From a virus (taxonomy: Duplodnaviria > Caudoviricetes): a DNA stretch of 64,000 bases. The stretch covers positions 12,767 through 76,766 of IMG/VR virus record IMGVR_UViG_3300032233_001500, one strand, 5' to 3'. A program made the position numbers and the translations under genes. Shown piece after piece: positions 27,948-39,600 of this stretch; position 1 is the first letter of the stretch, and every line of letters starts with the position of its first letter. A model generated the notes under the pieces. The model saw only the letters and a program-made list of their open reading frames with translations. It had not been told where the DNA came from and searched no databases.

Positions 27948-30900
27948 TTAAATGATGATAACGTAAGATCTCGGTATTTGATATGGATTGTTGACTGTAA
28001 TACCAGAAATCGCAGAAATACGAACAGTACCAATTCCAATGTATGGTTTTCTTGCATAAGATTGGAATGCAGCAGAGAAACCAAAGAGGGATCCGGAAGC
28101 TTTGTATGGTTTTGAATGACTTTTTGATGAAGAACCAAGAATTGTAATTGATCCCGTTGCTTTTGGAGCTGGTACAAATTTGATATTGGGATATAGAAGT
28201 TGACCGGAAAGTTGAATTGTTCCAATTCCAGAAATAGAAACTCTTGAAAGTTTTCTAGTTGTTGAAATTCCCGAAAGCCTAACAGTACCAATTCCAGAAA
28301 TTCTGACAATATGATTAATTTTGGTAGATGAAATACCGGAGATAGTATAGAGTACTGAGGTAGTAACTGGTTTTTTGGTAGAAGATTTTGCAGAACCAGA
28401 AAGAATTGTAATAGAACCAGAACCTTTATAGGAACGAATATCCTTATAACTACCAGAAGATATTTCAAAGATAGTTCCAATGCCAGCATAAGACTTAGTT
28501 TTCTTAATATTGATTGCACTTCCAGAAAGTATGACTGTGCCTGCAATACCAACATAAGAACGAGAAACTCTCTTGGAAGTAATTGCAGATCCAAATATTG
28601 TAAAGAGTTGCGTATTTTCTGGAGAATTTGCAATAAACTTAACTCTTGCAGCATCAACGTAATCAACTGATACTGTTGAATCTACAGTATCATAAACATT
28701 ATCAGAAGTATGGGTTATAAATTTGAATAATCCAGTTGCAGAAACTGCAGACTGCACTTGTATTGTAACTGAACCACTAATTGCAAACGTACCGATACCA
28801 ACATCAGAACTAGTTTTCTGAAGATTATTATAAGTTCCAGAAATATTAAAGAGTTGCGTATTTTCTGTCGGATTGGAAACTTTATATACAGAACTACTTC
28901 CGGAGAAGTTATAAAGTATTGTATTAGTTCTAGAAATTCTAGCAAATGAATTTGCGGAACCAGAAAGTTCTGTAATAGTTCCAGATCCTCTATAGGCATG
29001 AATCTGTTTCTTAATAGAATTGGATTGTTCAATAACAATACTAGTCAATCCTACATAACGTCTAGTTTGTTTAAATATCGAAAGAGTTTGGGTTTGATCA
29101 ATATTAACTGTTCCAGAACCAACCCCAGTAAATACTGAGATTTTTCTTGTTGAAGAAATTCCAGTTATTACTGCGGTGCCAACTCCAATATAAGTTCTTC
29201 TTACATAACTTTCATTACCTCTTCCAGAAACTTTGAATAATCCATTCTTAGAAATATATGGAATATTTGCTCTATAAAAGGTAAGTTGTGTATCATCGTT
29301 AATTCTGATGGTCCCAATACCAGAACCTGCAGGTAAACCACCACCGGGATCTGGATATCTATTGGAATGATCAATACTTCCACCATAAAGTTGAATACCA
29401 GTAGTCCCAACACCAATATTCTTATCTTTACCGTAATGTGGAATAATCTTGACATTAGGGAATACAGTATCTTTTCCTGAAATTTGAATAATTCCAGGAA
29501 TACCTTGGAAACGTTTGTTATATTTCTCAGTTCCAGTTCCACCAATTATGAAGAGTTGAGTAGTTTCTCCAGATTGAGTTACAAACTTCTCTATATTGGT
29601 TCCGGAAAGTCTAATAGTTCCAAGACCAACGTTAGACTTAATTGATTTGAGGTTGTTATAAGAACCAGAAATCGTAAAGAGTTCCGTATTCTCTGGTGGA
29701 TTTGGAGCGAATTTTTCTACAACTCTACCCGAAATTATAAAGAGTTGTGTACTTTGTGGTTGTTTAACAACCTTAACATAAATGTTTCCACCCGAAAGTC
29801 TAATAGTTCCAAGACCAACATATGAATTTGTCCTCCTCTCTATATTGGTTCCGGAAAGTCTAATAGTTCCAAGACCAACGTTAGACTTAATTGATTTGAG
29901 GTTGTTATAAGAACCAGAAATCGTAAAGAGTTGAGTATTCTCTGGTGGATTTGGAGAGAATTTCTCTGCAGCTCTGCCAGAAATTGCAAAAAGTTGTGTA
30001 CTTTGTGGTTGTTTAACAACCTTAACATAAATGTTTCCACCCGAAAGTCTAATAGTTCCAAGACCAACATAAGAATCTAAAATTCTTTGATTCCCTTGAC
30101 TGTAAAGTTGAATACCGGTAGTTCCAACACCAATATTCTTATCTTTACCATAATGAGGAATAATCCTTACATCTGGGAATATTATATCTTTTCCAGATAT
30201 CTTAATTCCTGGTTGACCAGATGCAATATGAGTATAAACCGATATAACCCTCGAAGAACCTTGGCCACTAAAATATGCAGAGCCAAATGGAAGTATTGTC
30301 TGAGTGGCACCGAATCCAACTAATAATCCAAAATCCTCTGGAGTTGGAATTTGAGTTATTAATCCATAGTTTTCACTGATAGTTACTGCAACACCTACAG
30401 ATCCGTAGTCATTGATATCATAATAAAGAATACTTGACTTATCATATACATAACTTCTGCTTTCACTCTTGATTCCAACTTCGAATAGAGTACCCGAACC
30501 AACATAACCAGGTTGGTAACTTACTTTTGATGATCCACTAAATGTTGCCGTACCAAGACCAACATTGGACTTAGTTGATTTAAGGTTACTATAAGAACCA
30601 GAAATTCTGAAGAGTTCTGTATTTTCTGGTGGATTTGCAACCTTCTTAATATTTGAAGCCGAACCAGAGATACCGAACAACTGAATGTTCTCTGGTGGAT
30701 TTGAGGTTTTAGATACTATTGCACTAGACAACCCGACATAATATTGATCAACAGTAACACCATTATCCTGTGCAAATGATATTATTTGGGAATTAAATGT
30801 TATGCCTCTTGGTATGGTATAAACACCAAGTCGGAGTGTACCAGAAGATACGTATGGTCTTAAAGTCCTATCTAATCCATGACCAATTTCGAATACTGTA

Positions 30901-31199
30901 CCAAAACCGACCCAATTACTACCTTGAACTTTTCCTGCAGTTCCAAAGGTAACGAATGTTCCTCTCACTAGATTTGATTTTACTATCGCTGTAGACTGGG
31001 TTCCCGAAACATTGATAGAACCAAATGGAATTTGTGAGGAACTAACATTAATACTATAAAAATCATCTGCAATAGTAGGTGTTGAACTTAATGTACCTAC
31101 GCCAAAATCGTCTGTAGCCGTTACGGCAGAAGATATAGTACCATAGTCCTCCGTAGAGTAAATATCGCGTATGGTAATATCGTAGACGTAAATGGCCAT
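27948..31199 (-). CDS. Repeat-rich Gly/Ser/Thr virion structural protein
   Basis: 1083 aa; many PPENTQLFxISG and YVGLGTIRLSG repeats; lies in the late structural block. Confidence 0.75.
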   Translation of the reverse strand: MAIYVYDITIRDIYSTEDYGTISSAVTATDDFGVGTLSSTPTIADDFYSINVSSSQIPFGSINVSGTQSTAIVKSNLVRGTFVTFGTAGKVQGSNWVGFGTVFEIGHGLDRTLRPYVSSGTLRLGVYTIPRGITFNSQIISFAQDNGVTVDQYYVGLSSAIVSKTSNPPENIQLFGISGSASNIKKVANPPENTELFRISGSYSNLKSTKSNVGLGTATFSGSSKVSYQPGYVGSGTLFEVGIKSESRSYVYDKSSILYYDINDYGSVGVAVTISENYGLITQIPTPEDFGLLVGFGATQTILPFGSAYFSGQGSSRVISVYTHIASGQPGIKISGKDIIFPDVRIIPHYGKDKNIGVGTTGIQLYSQGNQRILDSYVGLGTIRLSGGNIYVKVVKQPQSTQLFAISGRAAEKFSPNPPENTQLFTISGSYNNLKSIKSNVGLGTIRLSGTNIERRTNSYVGLGTIRLSGGNIYVKVVKQPQSTQLFIISGRVVEKFAPNPPENTELFTISGSYNNLKSIKSNVGLGTIRLSGTNIEKFVTQSGETTQLFIIGGTGTEKYNKRFQGIPGIIQISGKDTVFPNVKIIPHYGKDKNIGVGTTGIQLYGGSIDHSNRYPDPGGGLPAGSGIGTIRINDDTQLTFYRANIPYISKNGLFKVSGRGNESYVRRTYIGVGTAVITGISSTRKISVFTGVGSGTVNIDQTQTLSIFKQTRRYVGLTSIVIEQSNSIKKQIHAYRGSGTITELSGSANSFARISRTNTILYNFSGSSSVYKVSNPTENTQLFNISGTYNNLQKTSSDVGIGTFAISGSVTIQVQSAVSATGLFKFITHTSDNVYDTVDSTVSVDYVDAARVKFIANSPENTQLFTIFGSAITSKRVSRSYVGIAGTVILSGSAINIKKTKSYAGIGTIFEISSGSYKDIRSYKGSGSITILSGSAKSSTKKPVTTSVLYTISGISSTKINHIVRISGIGTVRLSGISTTRKLSRVSISGIGTIQLSGQLLYPNIKFVPAPKATGSITILGSSSKSHSKPYKASGSLFGFSAAFQSYARKPYIGIGTVRISAISGITVNNPYQIPRSYVIII
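29589..30070. repeat. Near-identical tandem duplication with a 249-bp (83-aa) period
   Basis: ctctatattggttccggaaagtctaatagttccaagaccaacgttagac... starts at 29589 and again at 29838. Confidence 0.9.
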
Positions 31200-31234
31200 T
31201 TTCTTTTGTTATATCAAAAATTAGAAATAATCAT

Positions 31235-31270
31235 AAAAAGGGGACCGCTCCATAAAGAAGACAATCCCCC
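31235..31270 (-). terminator. Probable intrinsic terminator
   Basis: Minus strand GGGGATTG...CGGTCCCC stem followed by TTTTT, between the 31303 and 31199 genes. Confidence 0.5.
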
Positions 31271-31302
31271 GTTCATAACAAATATTCTACTTTTAGATAG
31301 AA

Positions 31303-32310
31303 TTAATCAAGGGCAACGTTCAATGTGATTTTAATCTGGTCACCGTTGTTTTGAATTGCGTATGGTCCATTTGTAAATCTTTCAGCATACATAATGTTGC
31401 TGTATAGAGTACAAGTATTTAATCCAGATGTCACATTTAATGTTGGACTTAATGAAGGAGTTGTATAGAACTCATTATTATTAGGAACAGAGAATACTGT
31501 ATATGGAGCTGATGTATGAGTTGTATTACCTGTACCAGCAGCAATATAGAGGACATCTCCAGCAACTAGTCCGTGATTACTAACAACACCTTTAGAGAAA
31601 CGGAAATCGACACTAGGGTCGGTAGCAACCTGAATGTTATCAATAAGTGCCTTATCAAGATAAACAACTTTCAAAGCTCTATCAATACCAACTACTTTAG
31701 TTCCTGTTTGAATTCCGGCATTACCACTAACTACTTGTCCCAAAGTAATATCATCAACAGAAAGTGAACTATTGATAGTAATATAATAATTACCAACAAT
31801 GCCAATAGTTGGGAAAGTGTTATCTCCTTTACCCACCGTAGTACCAATACCAATTGTAGCTGCATTAACTACACCTTGAACTGCAACAGGCATGTTAGTT
31901 GCTCTTGTTACATAATAACCGTAAATATTACCAGCAGCTCCAGTAAATGTAAAAGTTTGTTCTGGGTAAGTAGCAGTTGTTCCACCACCAACTTGAGCAA
32001 TGGTCCAACGAGAACCGTTGAGAAGAATACCAGTTTGTGATGTATATGTTTGATCCGACCTATTACTTACACAATATGGATAACCCGTAGTAGGAACATA
32101 TCCATAAGCATTGGTATTACCAATACCATAAGGTTCGTAATATGCACTCGCAGATGGGACATCACTTTCTGCTGGTGTGGTATTACTTGTAAAAAGTTTT
32201 AGAACTAAGTTTCTTGGAGACTGGTCCGAAAGTGACGCAGTGTGATTGTTTTGAGCAACCAAGTATCTGAGTGACTCAAGTTCTCCAATATCTGGAACTA
32301 ATAGTGCCAT
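31303..32310 (-). CDS. Cyanophage virion structural protein
   Basis: 335 aa; MALLVPDIGELESLRYL...YAERFTNGPYAIQNNGDQIKITLNVALD; TATAAATA upstream. Confidence 0.75.
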   Translation of the reverse strand: MALLVPDIGELESLRYLVAQNNHTASLSDQSPRNLVLKLFTSNTTPAESDVPSASAYYEPYGIGNTNAYGYVPTTGYPYCVSNRSDQTYTSQTGILLNGSRWTIAQVGGGTTATYPEQTFTFTGAAGNIYGYYVTRATNMPVAVQGVVNAATIGIGTTVGKGDNTFPTIGIVGNYYITINSSLSVDDITLGQVVSGNAGIQTGTKVVGIDRALKVVYLDKALIDNIQVATDPSVDFRFSKGVVSNHGLVAGDVLYIAAGTGNTTHTSAPYTVFSVPNNNEFYTTPSLSPTLNVTSGLNTCTLYSNIMYAERFTNGPYAIQNNGDQIKITLNVALD

Positions 32311-32350
32311 TTAAACAACTCCCCGACAGGTTCTATTTGATAACTAATTC

Positions 32351-32358
32351 TATTTATA
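32351..32358 (-). promoter_or_regulatory. T4 late promoter TATAAATA
   Basis: TATTTATA on + strand overlapping the stop of the 32354 ORF. Confidence 0.7.
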
Positions 32359-33031
32359 ATTTTAATTTCAAAGAGATTAAAAACCTTTGTATGTTATTTA
32401 CTGCTATAACATCAAAGGTAAAAATGTCTCCCGCTAATACTGTAGTATCCCAGTTATTTAGTACATCATCTTTAATTTTTCTAGAATTAAACATCTGTGG
32501 ATATGCACCACCAATTATAGAAGTAAAAGCAGGAAAGTCATTATAATTAGATTTTTTAATATCTATTGTTAAATCACCTTGTTGATCCGAAAATACTGTT
32601 AAAGATTCTATTATACCACTTACATCAAGAGTAACAGAACCCTTGTTTCCTGCAAGCATATTGAAAGAACCGCTATCTACGATATAATTAATTGTCCTAG
32701 TAAGATCTGCTGTAGTAGCAAGAGCAATAATAAAAACATTATCCGTCAACGCAGGTGCATTAGTGAAGATAATGTGACTATTGGAAATTATAAAATCTTG
32801 GATAGGTTGAAGTATAACATCATTCAAACTTACAATTAATTGTTGCTCATTGATAGGATAATATGCATCCCCAGTTGCAGAAAGTCCAAAAGTATGTGCA
32901 ATTCCAGTAAACTGAGAATTTATACTATCAAGAATTATATTGCTATATTGAATTGATTTTGTAGCTACTTGATAATTGACATCAATTGAAAATGGACTGG
33001 GATCATTTAATGTTACTAAGTAATCTGTCAT
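32354..33031 (-). CDS. Structural/baseplate-associated hypothetical protein
   Basis: 225 aa; LDSINSQFTG...QLIVSLNDVILQP module also recurring in gp7. Confidence 0.7.
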   Translation of the reverse strand: MTDYLVTLNDPSPFSIDVNYQVATKSIQYSNIILDSINSQFTGIAHTFGLSATGDAYYPINEQQLIVSLNDVILQPIQDFIISNSHIIFTNAPALTDNVFIIALATTADLTRTINYIVDSGSFNMLAGNKGSVTLDVSGIIESLTVFSDQQGDLTIDIKKSNYNDFPAFTSIIGGAYPQMFNSRKIKDDVLNNWDTTVLAGDIFTFDVIAVNNIQRFLISLKLKL

Positions 33032-33363
33032 TACGATACTCCTGGTGTTACTAGAACATTTCCTTGTACTGCCCTGGTCCTATAATCATTCGGTGAAATG
33101 AGAATAACATCATAAACATATCTACCACCTTCTATTTCACTTGTAGAAGTATATGGCATTGATACTGTAACTTTTCCGTTCAATCTATCTGTAAAACTTA
33201 AAGTTAATGGATATGAAGTAGAAGATATTGGATGTTTTCTAATGGAAGAAATACCAGTGTATCCAGTTAAATTCAAAGGTAAATTATTTTGATTCTTGAT
33301 AGTAAATGTGGCTTGAAAGTCAACGCCTTGTTCAAGAACTAAGTTTACGTTTCTTGCCGCCAT
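33031..33363 (-). CDS. Small beta-sandwich-type virion adaptor protein
   Basis: 110 aa; NLVLEQGVDFQATF...GRYVYDVIL...RAVQGNVLVTPGV, a pattern common in phage structural genes. Confidence 0.7.
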   Translation of the reverse strand: MAARNVNLVLEQGVDFQATFTIKNQNNLPLNLTGYTGISSIRKHPISSTSYPLTLSFTDRLNGKVTVSMPYTSTSEIEGGRYVYDVILISPNDYRTRAVQGNVLVTPGVS

Positions 33364-33385
33364 TATTAGAGCCCGTCTTTCTAGT

Positions 33386-33393
33386 TATTTATG
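33386..33393 (-). promoter_or_regulatory. Late promoter CATAAATA
   Basis: TATTTATG on + strand overlapping the stop of the 33389 ORF. Confidence 0.55.
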
Positions 33394-33631
33394 AATTAGT
33401 TTCCAATTTGGATAAAATAAGTTTCATCATATCCTTTAATTCATTTACATCACCTTTCAATGAATCAATTTCAGATACTTGCGTTTTCAATTTATTCATT
33501 TCATCAATTTCTTTGAGTTTCATTTCTTTCAATTCCATATATTTTTCAAATTCTGTATCAGAACAATTTACAATCGCTCCCGTCATTGGATCTCTATACA
33601 ATCCAGGATTATTTTCTACAGGAATTTTCAT
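33389..33631 (-). CDS. Small hypothetical protein with coiled-coil C-terminus
   Basis: 80 aa, IPVENNPGLYRDPMTGAIVN; tightly packed after the DUF4815-like gene. Confidence 0.75.
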   Translation of the reverse strand: MKIPVENNPGLYRDPMTGAIVNCSDTEFEKYMELKEMKLKEIDEMNKLKTQVSEIDSLKGDVNELKDMMKLILSKLETNS

Positions 33632-33635
33632 AGTC

Positions 33636-36600
33636 TTATGCAGTTGCGATAACTCTAAGATTTTTTATTTGTGGGACAAATGATGAATTTGTACCAGTCA
33701 TATGAATTTTAATTTGGAAAAGAGTAAATTGTGGCAATTTATTTGCAGTAAATTCATAGGATCCAAAATCAATTACGCTATTAGATGATGTTACCAATCT
33801 ATCTGGTTTACCATTATTATTAGCTGGATTTACAACATTTCCATTTATATCAAGATTATCATATCCTGGGAAAGGTTGCCATAATGCAGAAGAAATATCT
33901 ACTCCATCAGGTCTTACAGTTCTATAAAGAACTCTAATATCTGAAGTTGAGTGTCTATAAGCGTCAAACAATACTTTTAATGTATCTGATGCTTTTTCTA
34001 ACTGTACAATTCTAGTAATATAAACTGCTGCAGTGGGATCGCCAGATAATAGATTTACTCTATAATCGGTTGCATAATTAGTAATTGGAGAATTAATTCT
34101 ATTTGAAACTGTAATTAAACTGACTCTATGTAAATCTATGATAGGACTTACTTTTGGATCAGTGGTATTCATAACAACTTCCATAGTAAATGATTTATTA
34201 CCAGGATAGTTTGTTAGATTTGTAAGTTCATTGACTTTTGAACAAATTATTCTTGGAGAAGAAAGATAATTATTTGAATTTAAAGAAATATCTTCAAATC
34301 CTTGGTCAATGAATGGGGTTATACTACTATTTGGTGTTGATCCAGAAAATGTTCTAATCTGTGCATTGATTGAAGTACCTTCTGGCAATAATGTTTGTAT
34401 ATTTGGTCTTACTATATTAAATGGAATATTTTGTGTTGCTCTAGGTCCTACACCAACAAGTCGTACAACATCGTAAGAACCACAAGATTTACTTTGTCTA
34501 AAATAGAGTTCTGGTAAACTTACATTCGTTGATGTTCTATCTGTTCCATTTTTAGTCATATCAAGTTTAATTGTATATGCATCCAATTCTATTGGATAAG
34601 TACTCAAATCAGTTCTAGAGAAATTATGTGTTGTATTAATTCTTCTCAATGAAACTCCATTTAATTCATATTTGTATATTGGATCTCCAGATGAATATGA
34701 ATTTGCAAAGGTTCCGTCTATTTTTCTTGTAATTCCAGATAATACGTAACCACTAATAGTTGTATACCCAACAACCTCAGAACCAACTAAAACATATCCA
34801 GTATTAGCTGCACTTACTGGTTGATTTTCAAAACTAGTGAATATTCCAACAGAAGATACAGTTATTCCTGAAGTAGATGAAGAATTTAAATCTGCATTAA
34901 GAGTTTCTGGTTTTTGGTCTGGTTTAATTCCAGAAAGAGTTACATTATCATTACTTGAATACATTCCGTGATTGGTATGAGATACACGGAAATGTAATCC
35001 ATCTCGAATTGTACTGACAGATGTTATTGTAGATACTCCCAAAGTCGTTGTTCCTGCAGAACCAACATAATATAGATAACCAGAAGAATTAACTATTGGA
35101 TTTCCTTGAACGTTTGTTATCAATAATGAACTAAATTTATCAATTACGCCTACAGTATTTGGAATTGATAGAATTAAACTATTTCCCAAATTATCAGTAT
35201 CTGAACCATAATTTACAGTAAACGTATCACCATAAGTGTACCCAGTACCCCCAACAGAAACTGTTGCCGCTATAGCTACGCCATTCTGAACACTAAGATT
35301 TACTTTTGCACCAGATCCATTTCCACTTAGAGTTACCAAACTAATATTGGAATAAGTTCTAAATCCAGCAGTGAATCCAGCTCCTGCAGAAGAAAGAATT
35401 AATGTACTATTAATTCCAATTGATCCAGAAACACTTTGAACAGATCCTTGGAATAGGGAATTATTCAACTGCAATACTGTGGCTCCATTTGTCAAATCAC
35501 TAACTTGAGTAGATGTAAGACTATTTGCAATACCTACTATAAGTCTTCTGGAATAGGTATCCAGAGGATTAACTCCTAGAGTAACAACTTGTCTATTACC
35601 GATATTGAGATCTGGGTTATAAAATCTAACTGAACTTGCACCAGTATAGAAATTTGCTCTATAAAGAGTCATTTTCAAATCTTCTAGCTGACTTGGATCC
35701 CAAGTTGCACCATTTTGTGATTTAAATAGTGAACCTAACAGTGGTTGTTGAGAAACAATAATTTTTTGGGCTTCAATTTTATTAACAGTAGTTACATCTT
35801 CTTCACCCATTCTCGAAATGAATACTCTATACTCGTCCGATGCAGAAAGGAGAACAACTGCATACTGTTTGCTACCTTGTAAGTAAACTGGTGATTCAAA
35901 GGTAAATGTAGTTGCTAGAGATCCATCTGACGAAGTGTTAACTTTAGATGGATCCAGAACTACTTCACCAAAAGGCAAAATTGTCTGTGTGGGGAATCCA
36001 GTTGATAAGGTTCTCAATTGCATTGTAATTGGAAGACCTTTAGTATCTTTTGTAGAGAAAAATACATCACATTTTGTAATAAAAACACCATTTGTATCCG
36101 GAACTTCAAATGATTCTGCCAATGGATCTACCCACCTAGTCTGAACAGTAGATCTATCAATCCTGGAGGTACTTGCAACAGTTTCCGTTTTTGTGTTGGA
36201 AATTGTTTTTTCATCTGTTTTAATGGATCTTTCTATTTGTGCATTTCGGATACGGAGAGTTGTCTCCTCTATATTTTGTAAAGTACCTGCAGAAGTGAAT
36301 TTTGTTTCTGCAGTACTATCAGTTGCACCAGAAATAGTAATGTTTGTGCTGCTGGTTGTTAATGTAAAAGTTTTTTCTCCTGTAGTGAATTTTGGAGTTG
36401 ATGTAAGTTTTGGATCTGGAAGGAACAATGATCCTACCAAAGTACCAGAAACATCAGTAATCAATCTTAGATTTGATATTGTAGCTACAGCCCCACTAGA
36501 TTTGCCAACAAGTTTCATTCCACTTACAACATATCCATAAAATGTAGAAGCAACTTGTAGTTCTAAACTAGCTGTATCAACATTTAATATTGATGATGTA

Positions 36601-39600
36601 CTCGAATATACACTAGGCATACTTTCCGTTGGATTGTATGGATTTTCTACAAAAACTTCAATAGCTTGGTTATATGGACCATATTTGTGATTTGATGAAG
36701 CCAATCTAAATGAAATTGATGCAGACCCTAGATTACCAACAATATTTTCACCAACAGTAAATGTCCCAGAATTCATTGTCACTTCCAATAATTTTGGAAC
36801 AATGTAAGGATTTACATTGATATTATCAAAAAATCCATATAATTGTGTTTTTGGTTTTAATCTTTTAGCAACAAATTCAATATTTCTAGATCTCATTGTG
36901 TGAATGAGATCATTAGAGACTACTTTATTTCCCAGATTTACTGAATCATATTTTTCAGAAACTTTATATTGAATTCCCTCTCTAGATTGTTTTTGGGTAG
37001 TTAGTGTTGTTACATTATTGAAATTGGTATAAGTATCTTTAAAACTAGTTACCGTTGCTTCCTCAGCCCATTGGCCACGAGGTCTTCTTCTATCAAAATT
37101 ACCAGTTCTATATGTAGATTGTCCTGTCTGTTCAGTAGAGACTAATATGGATCCCATATTATTTCTACCAATCTCTTGTTTTCCGGTCCAGGTAGTTTCC
37201 CAAGAACCCCAATCAATTGGAGAAAGTCCAGTATTAGAGTCTACTCCCAATTGTTGAATAGCTGTGTTATAAGAACCTTCTTCGTCTACGGTTTTTTTCG
37301 AAAGAGATGTTTCAATCCAAGTATCACTAGAAGGACTTAAATTAATTACACCAATCCAATTTACAACATTAAATGGATTTACATTTTCGGTTCTTGTTGC
37401 AAATTTATTTTGCAAAAATACGGTATCAGTATATTTTAAGCAAAGTACATCACCAACTTTAACGCTATTTGGACTTCCCAGTTGAGTTACGAATCTATAA
37501 TCAGCATCTGGATTTGATACGGAGTTTATTCCACTAACAACCTCGGAACCCAATAGAAGATCTATCCCAGCAGTATATGGTTGTGGTCTCAGGGTTCCAT
37601 TGGTGGTATCTATACTACAATTAAAATCTGGATTCGATATATCTCCATTTAAAGTAGATTTGAAGTTATCTACGAAGAAACCAGATTTGAATTTATTCAA
37701 ACCAGTAACCGAATCCCTTATAGTCAAGTTTTTTGTATCAGTTTCTAACAAAGAAAGGGAAGTATATTTTTCAACATTTTGCAATCTATCTTCCAACTTG
37801 GAAATATCTTGCATTCTATATCTTTTATGTGAAGAAAGTTGGACGGAAATGCTATCCGCAAAATGTACATAAGGTGGTAATGTAAATGTACCAATTTCCA
37901 AAGCTGTTTCAATATTATCTGGTAATTTTGGTGTTAGGGATGGAGTCCCCTTATTTACAAAAAATTGTCCGTTTTGATTTACATATAATCTATCAATCCT
38001 TCCAAGATAGTATGAATAGGATAATATAATTTGACTATCTTTAGAAATAATATGTGGAGTATTGTTTGTGGTGGAATCATACTTTCTTCCATAATATTCA
38101 AAAGGAGAATATGGATTTGTTGAAGAATTGTATGGCAATACCCTAGGTCTAAGGTCAATGACATCTGTTGCAAGTAAAGAATCCACTTCCAAAACATCTT
38201 GACTAATTCTGTCTTGATCGAAAGAAGTTACAGCTACAAAATCACCAGAATCACTAGAATCGATAGTATAATTTTGGTAGATTATTGTCAATCTTCTACT
38301 TGGTGCAGTTACTCCTTCTTTTCTCTTTAGGTAAGAATAGTCAGCAATTTCGGAAGTAGATCCACTATAGAATATAAAATCATTTTTAATATCTCTATCA
38401 CCATTTGTAAATAAAACTACAGTTCCAGATACTTTAGATTCTTGGAAAATAACTTTTTCGCCAGGAATGAAAATATTTTCATTTGAATAGATGAAGGTAA
38501 CCGTATTTGTGGTATTATTTGATATCAATAATCCTACGGCATTACTAGATTGGCCAATTATTAATTCTCCATTTATTGAATTGAGAATATTGGTATTTAA
38601 ATTTGTAAGTTGTAATTTTGGTAATTCTGGATCACTCGATGTTGAAGATTCGAAAACGCTAAGAACTCTCAGAACATCAGGAACATTCAAACATATTTGA
38701 TTATCTTGAACTCTAGTTCCATAGATACTACTATATGTCAATCCATCATTTAATGATGTACTTCCAGTACCAGAAGTAACTTTAGATGATAAATTAACCG
38801 ACAAAACATTTGCTCTTTGGAAAGTTTTCTTTCTTGTTTTTAAATTTTTCTTTCTTAGAGTAGCTGTTAATGTAACATTTGAATCACTAGATTTATTTAA
38901 ATTTGATAGAATAATAGTTCTAGGATCTCCTGTTGGTTTCGAAATATTCTGAGATGTCAATGGTTGTATAGTGCCATCAGAATATACTAGATTAAATCCT
39001 TCTATAGAATATGGTTCTATACTATAATTACTATCGGTTTCTAGAGTTTTGGTCGCAGAATATGAACTAACAGTACTAATTCCATAAGATTTTCTGACAA
39101 CTAACTCCGAACTAGTTAGATCTAATGAGGAAATATAATTTTTTTCGTATTCCGCATACAAATAAGAATCTTTATTATTAAGTATTTGTGGAACAACTAT
39201 AGACATTCCAGTAACCGTTATGGAAGAACTTGGTAAACTTCCACTATTAACACCAACTACGGACGTTGTTGCAGCCAGAGTTATAGTTTTTGCAGTTGTA
39301 TTGACGTTCGTTACTATATTATAAGTAGGTAGAGTTTCCACTGGTTTTGTGTAAGCTACAATATCTCCAGTAGAAATACCAGCACCAAAATTATTATAAG
39401 AATTGGTAACAATTCCAGATGAATTTATTGAAAATGTTGATCCAGTAGGAGCTAAATTTAAATATCCATTTAAAACAACGTCTGCAGTAAATGTATTTGT
39501 GACGCCAACCACTTGACAAATATCTTGTAATGAATAATCACGTACTGACGTTATGATTCTGGAATTCAATTCTCCATTTATTTTTATTGTTTCATTTTGG

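Noticed and set aside
27932-28666. 244-aa alternative-frame ORF overlapping the 1083-aa gene
   Set aside because: Same strand, shifted frame, Leu/Gln/Phe-biased composition typical of off-frame reading, and no separate RBS or promoter seen
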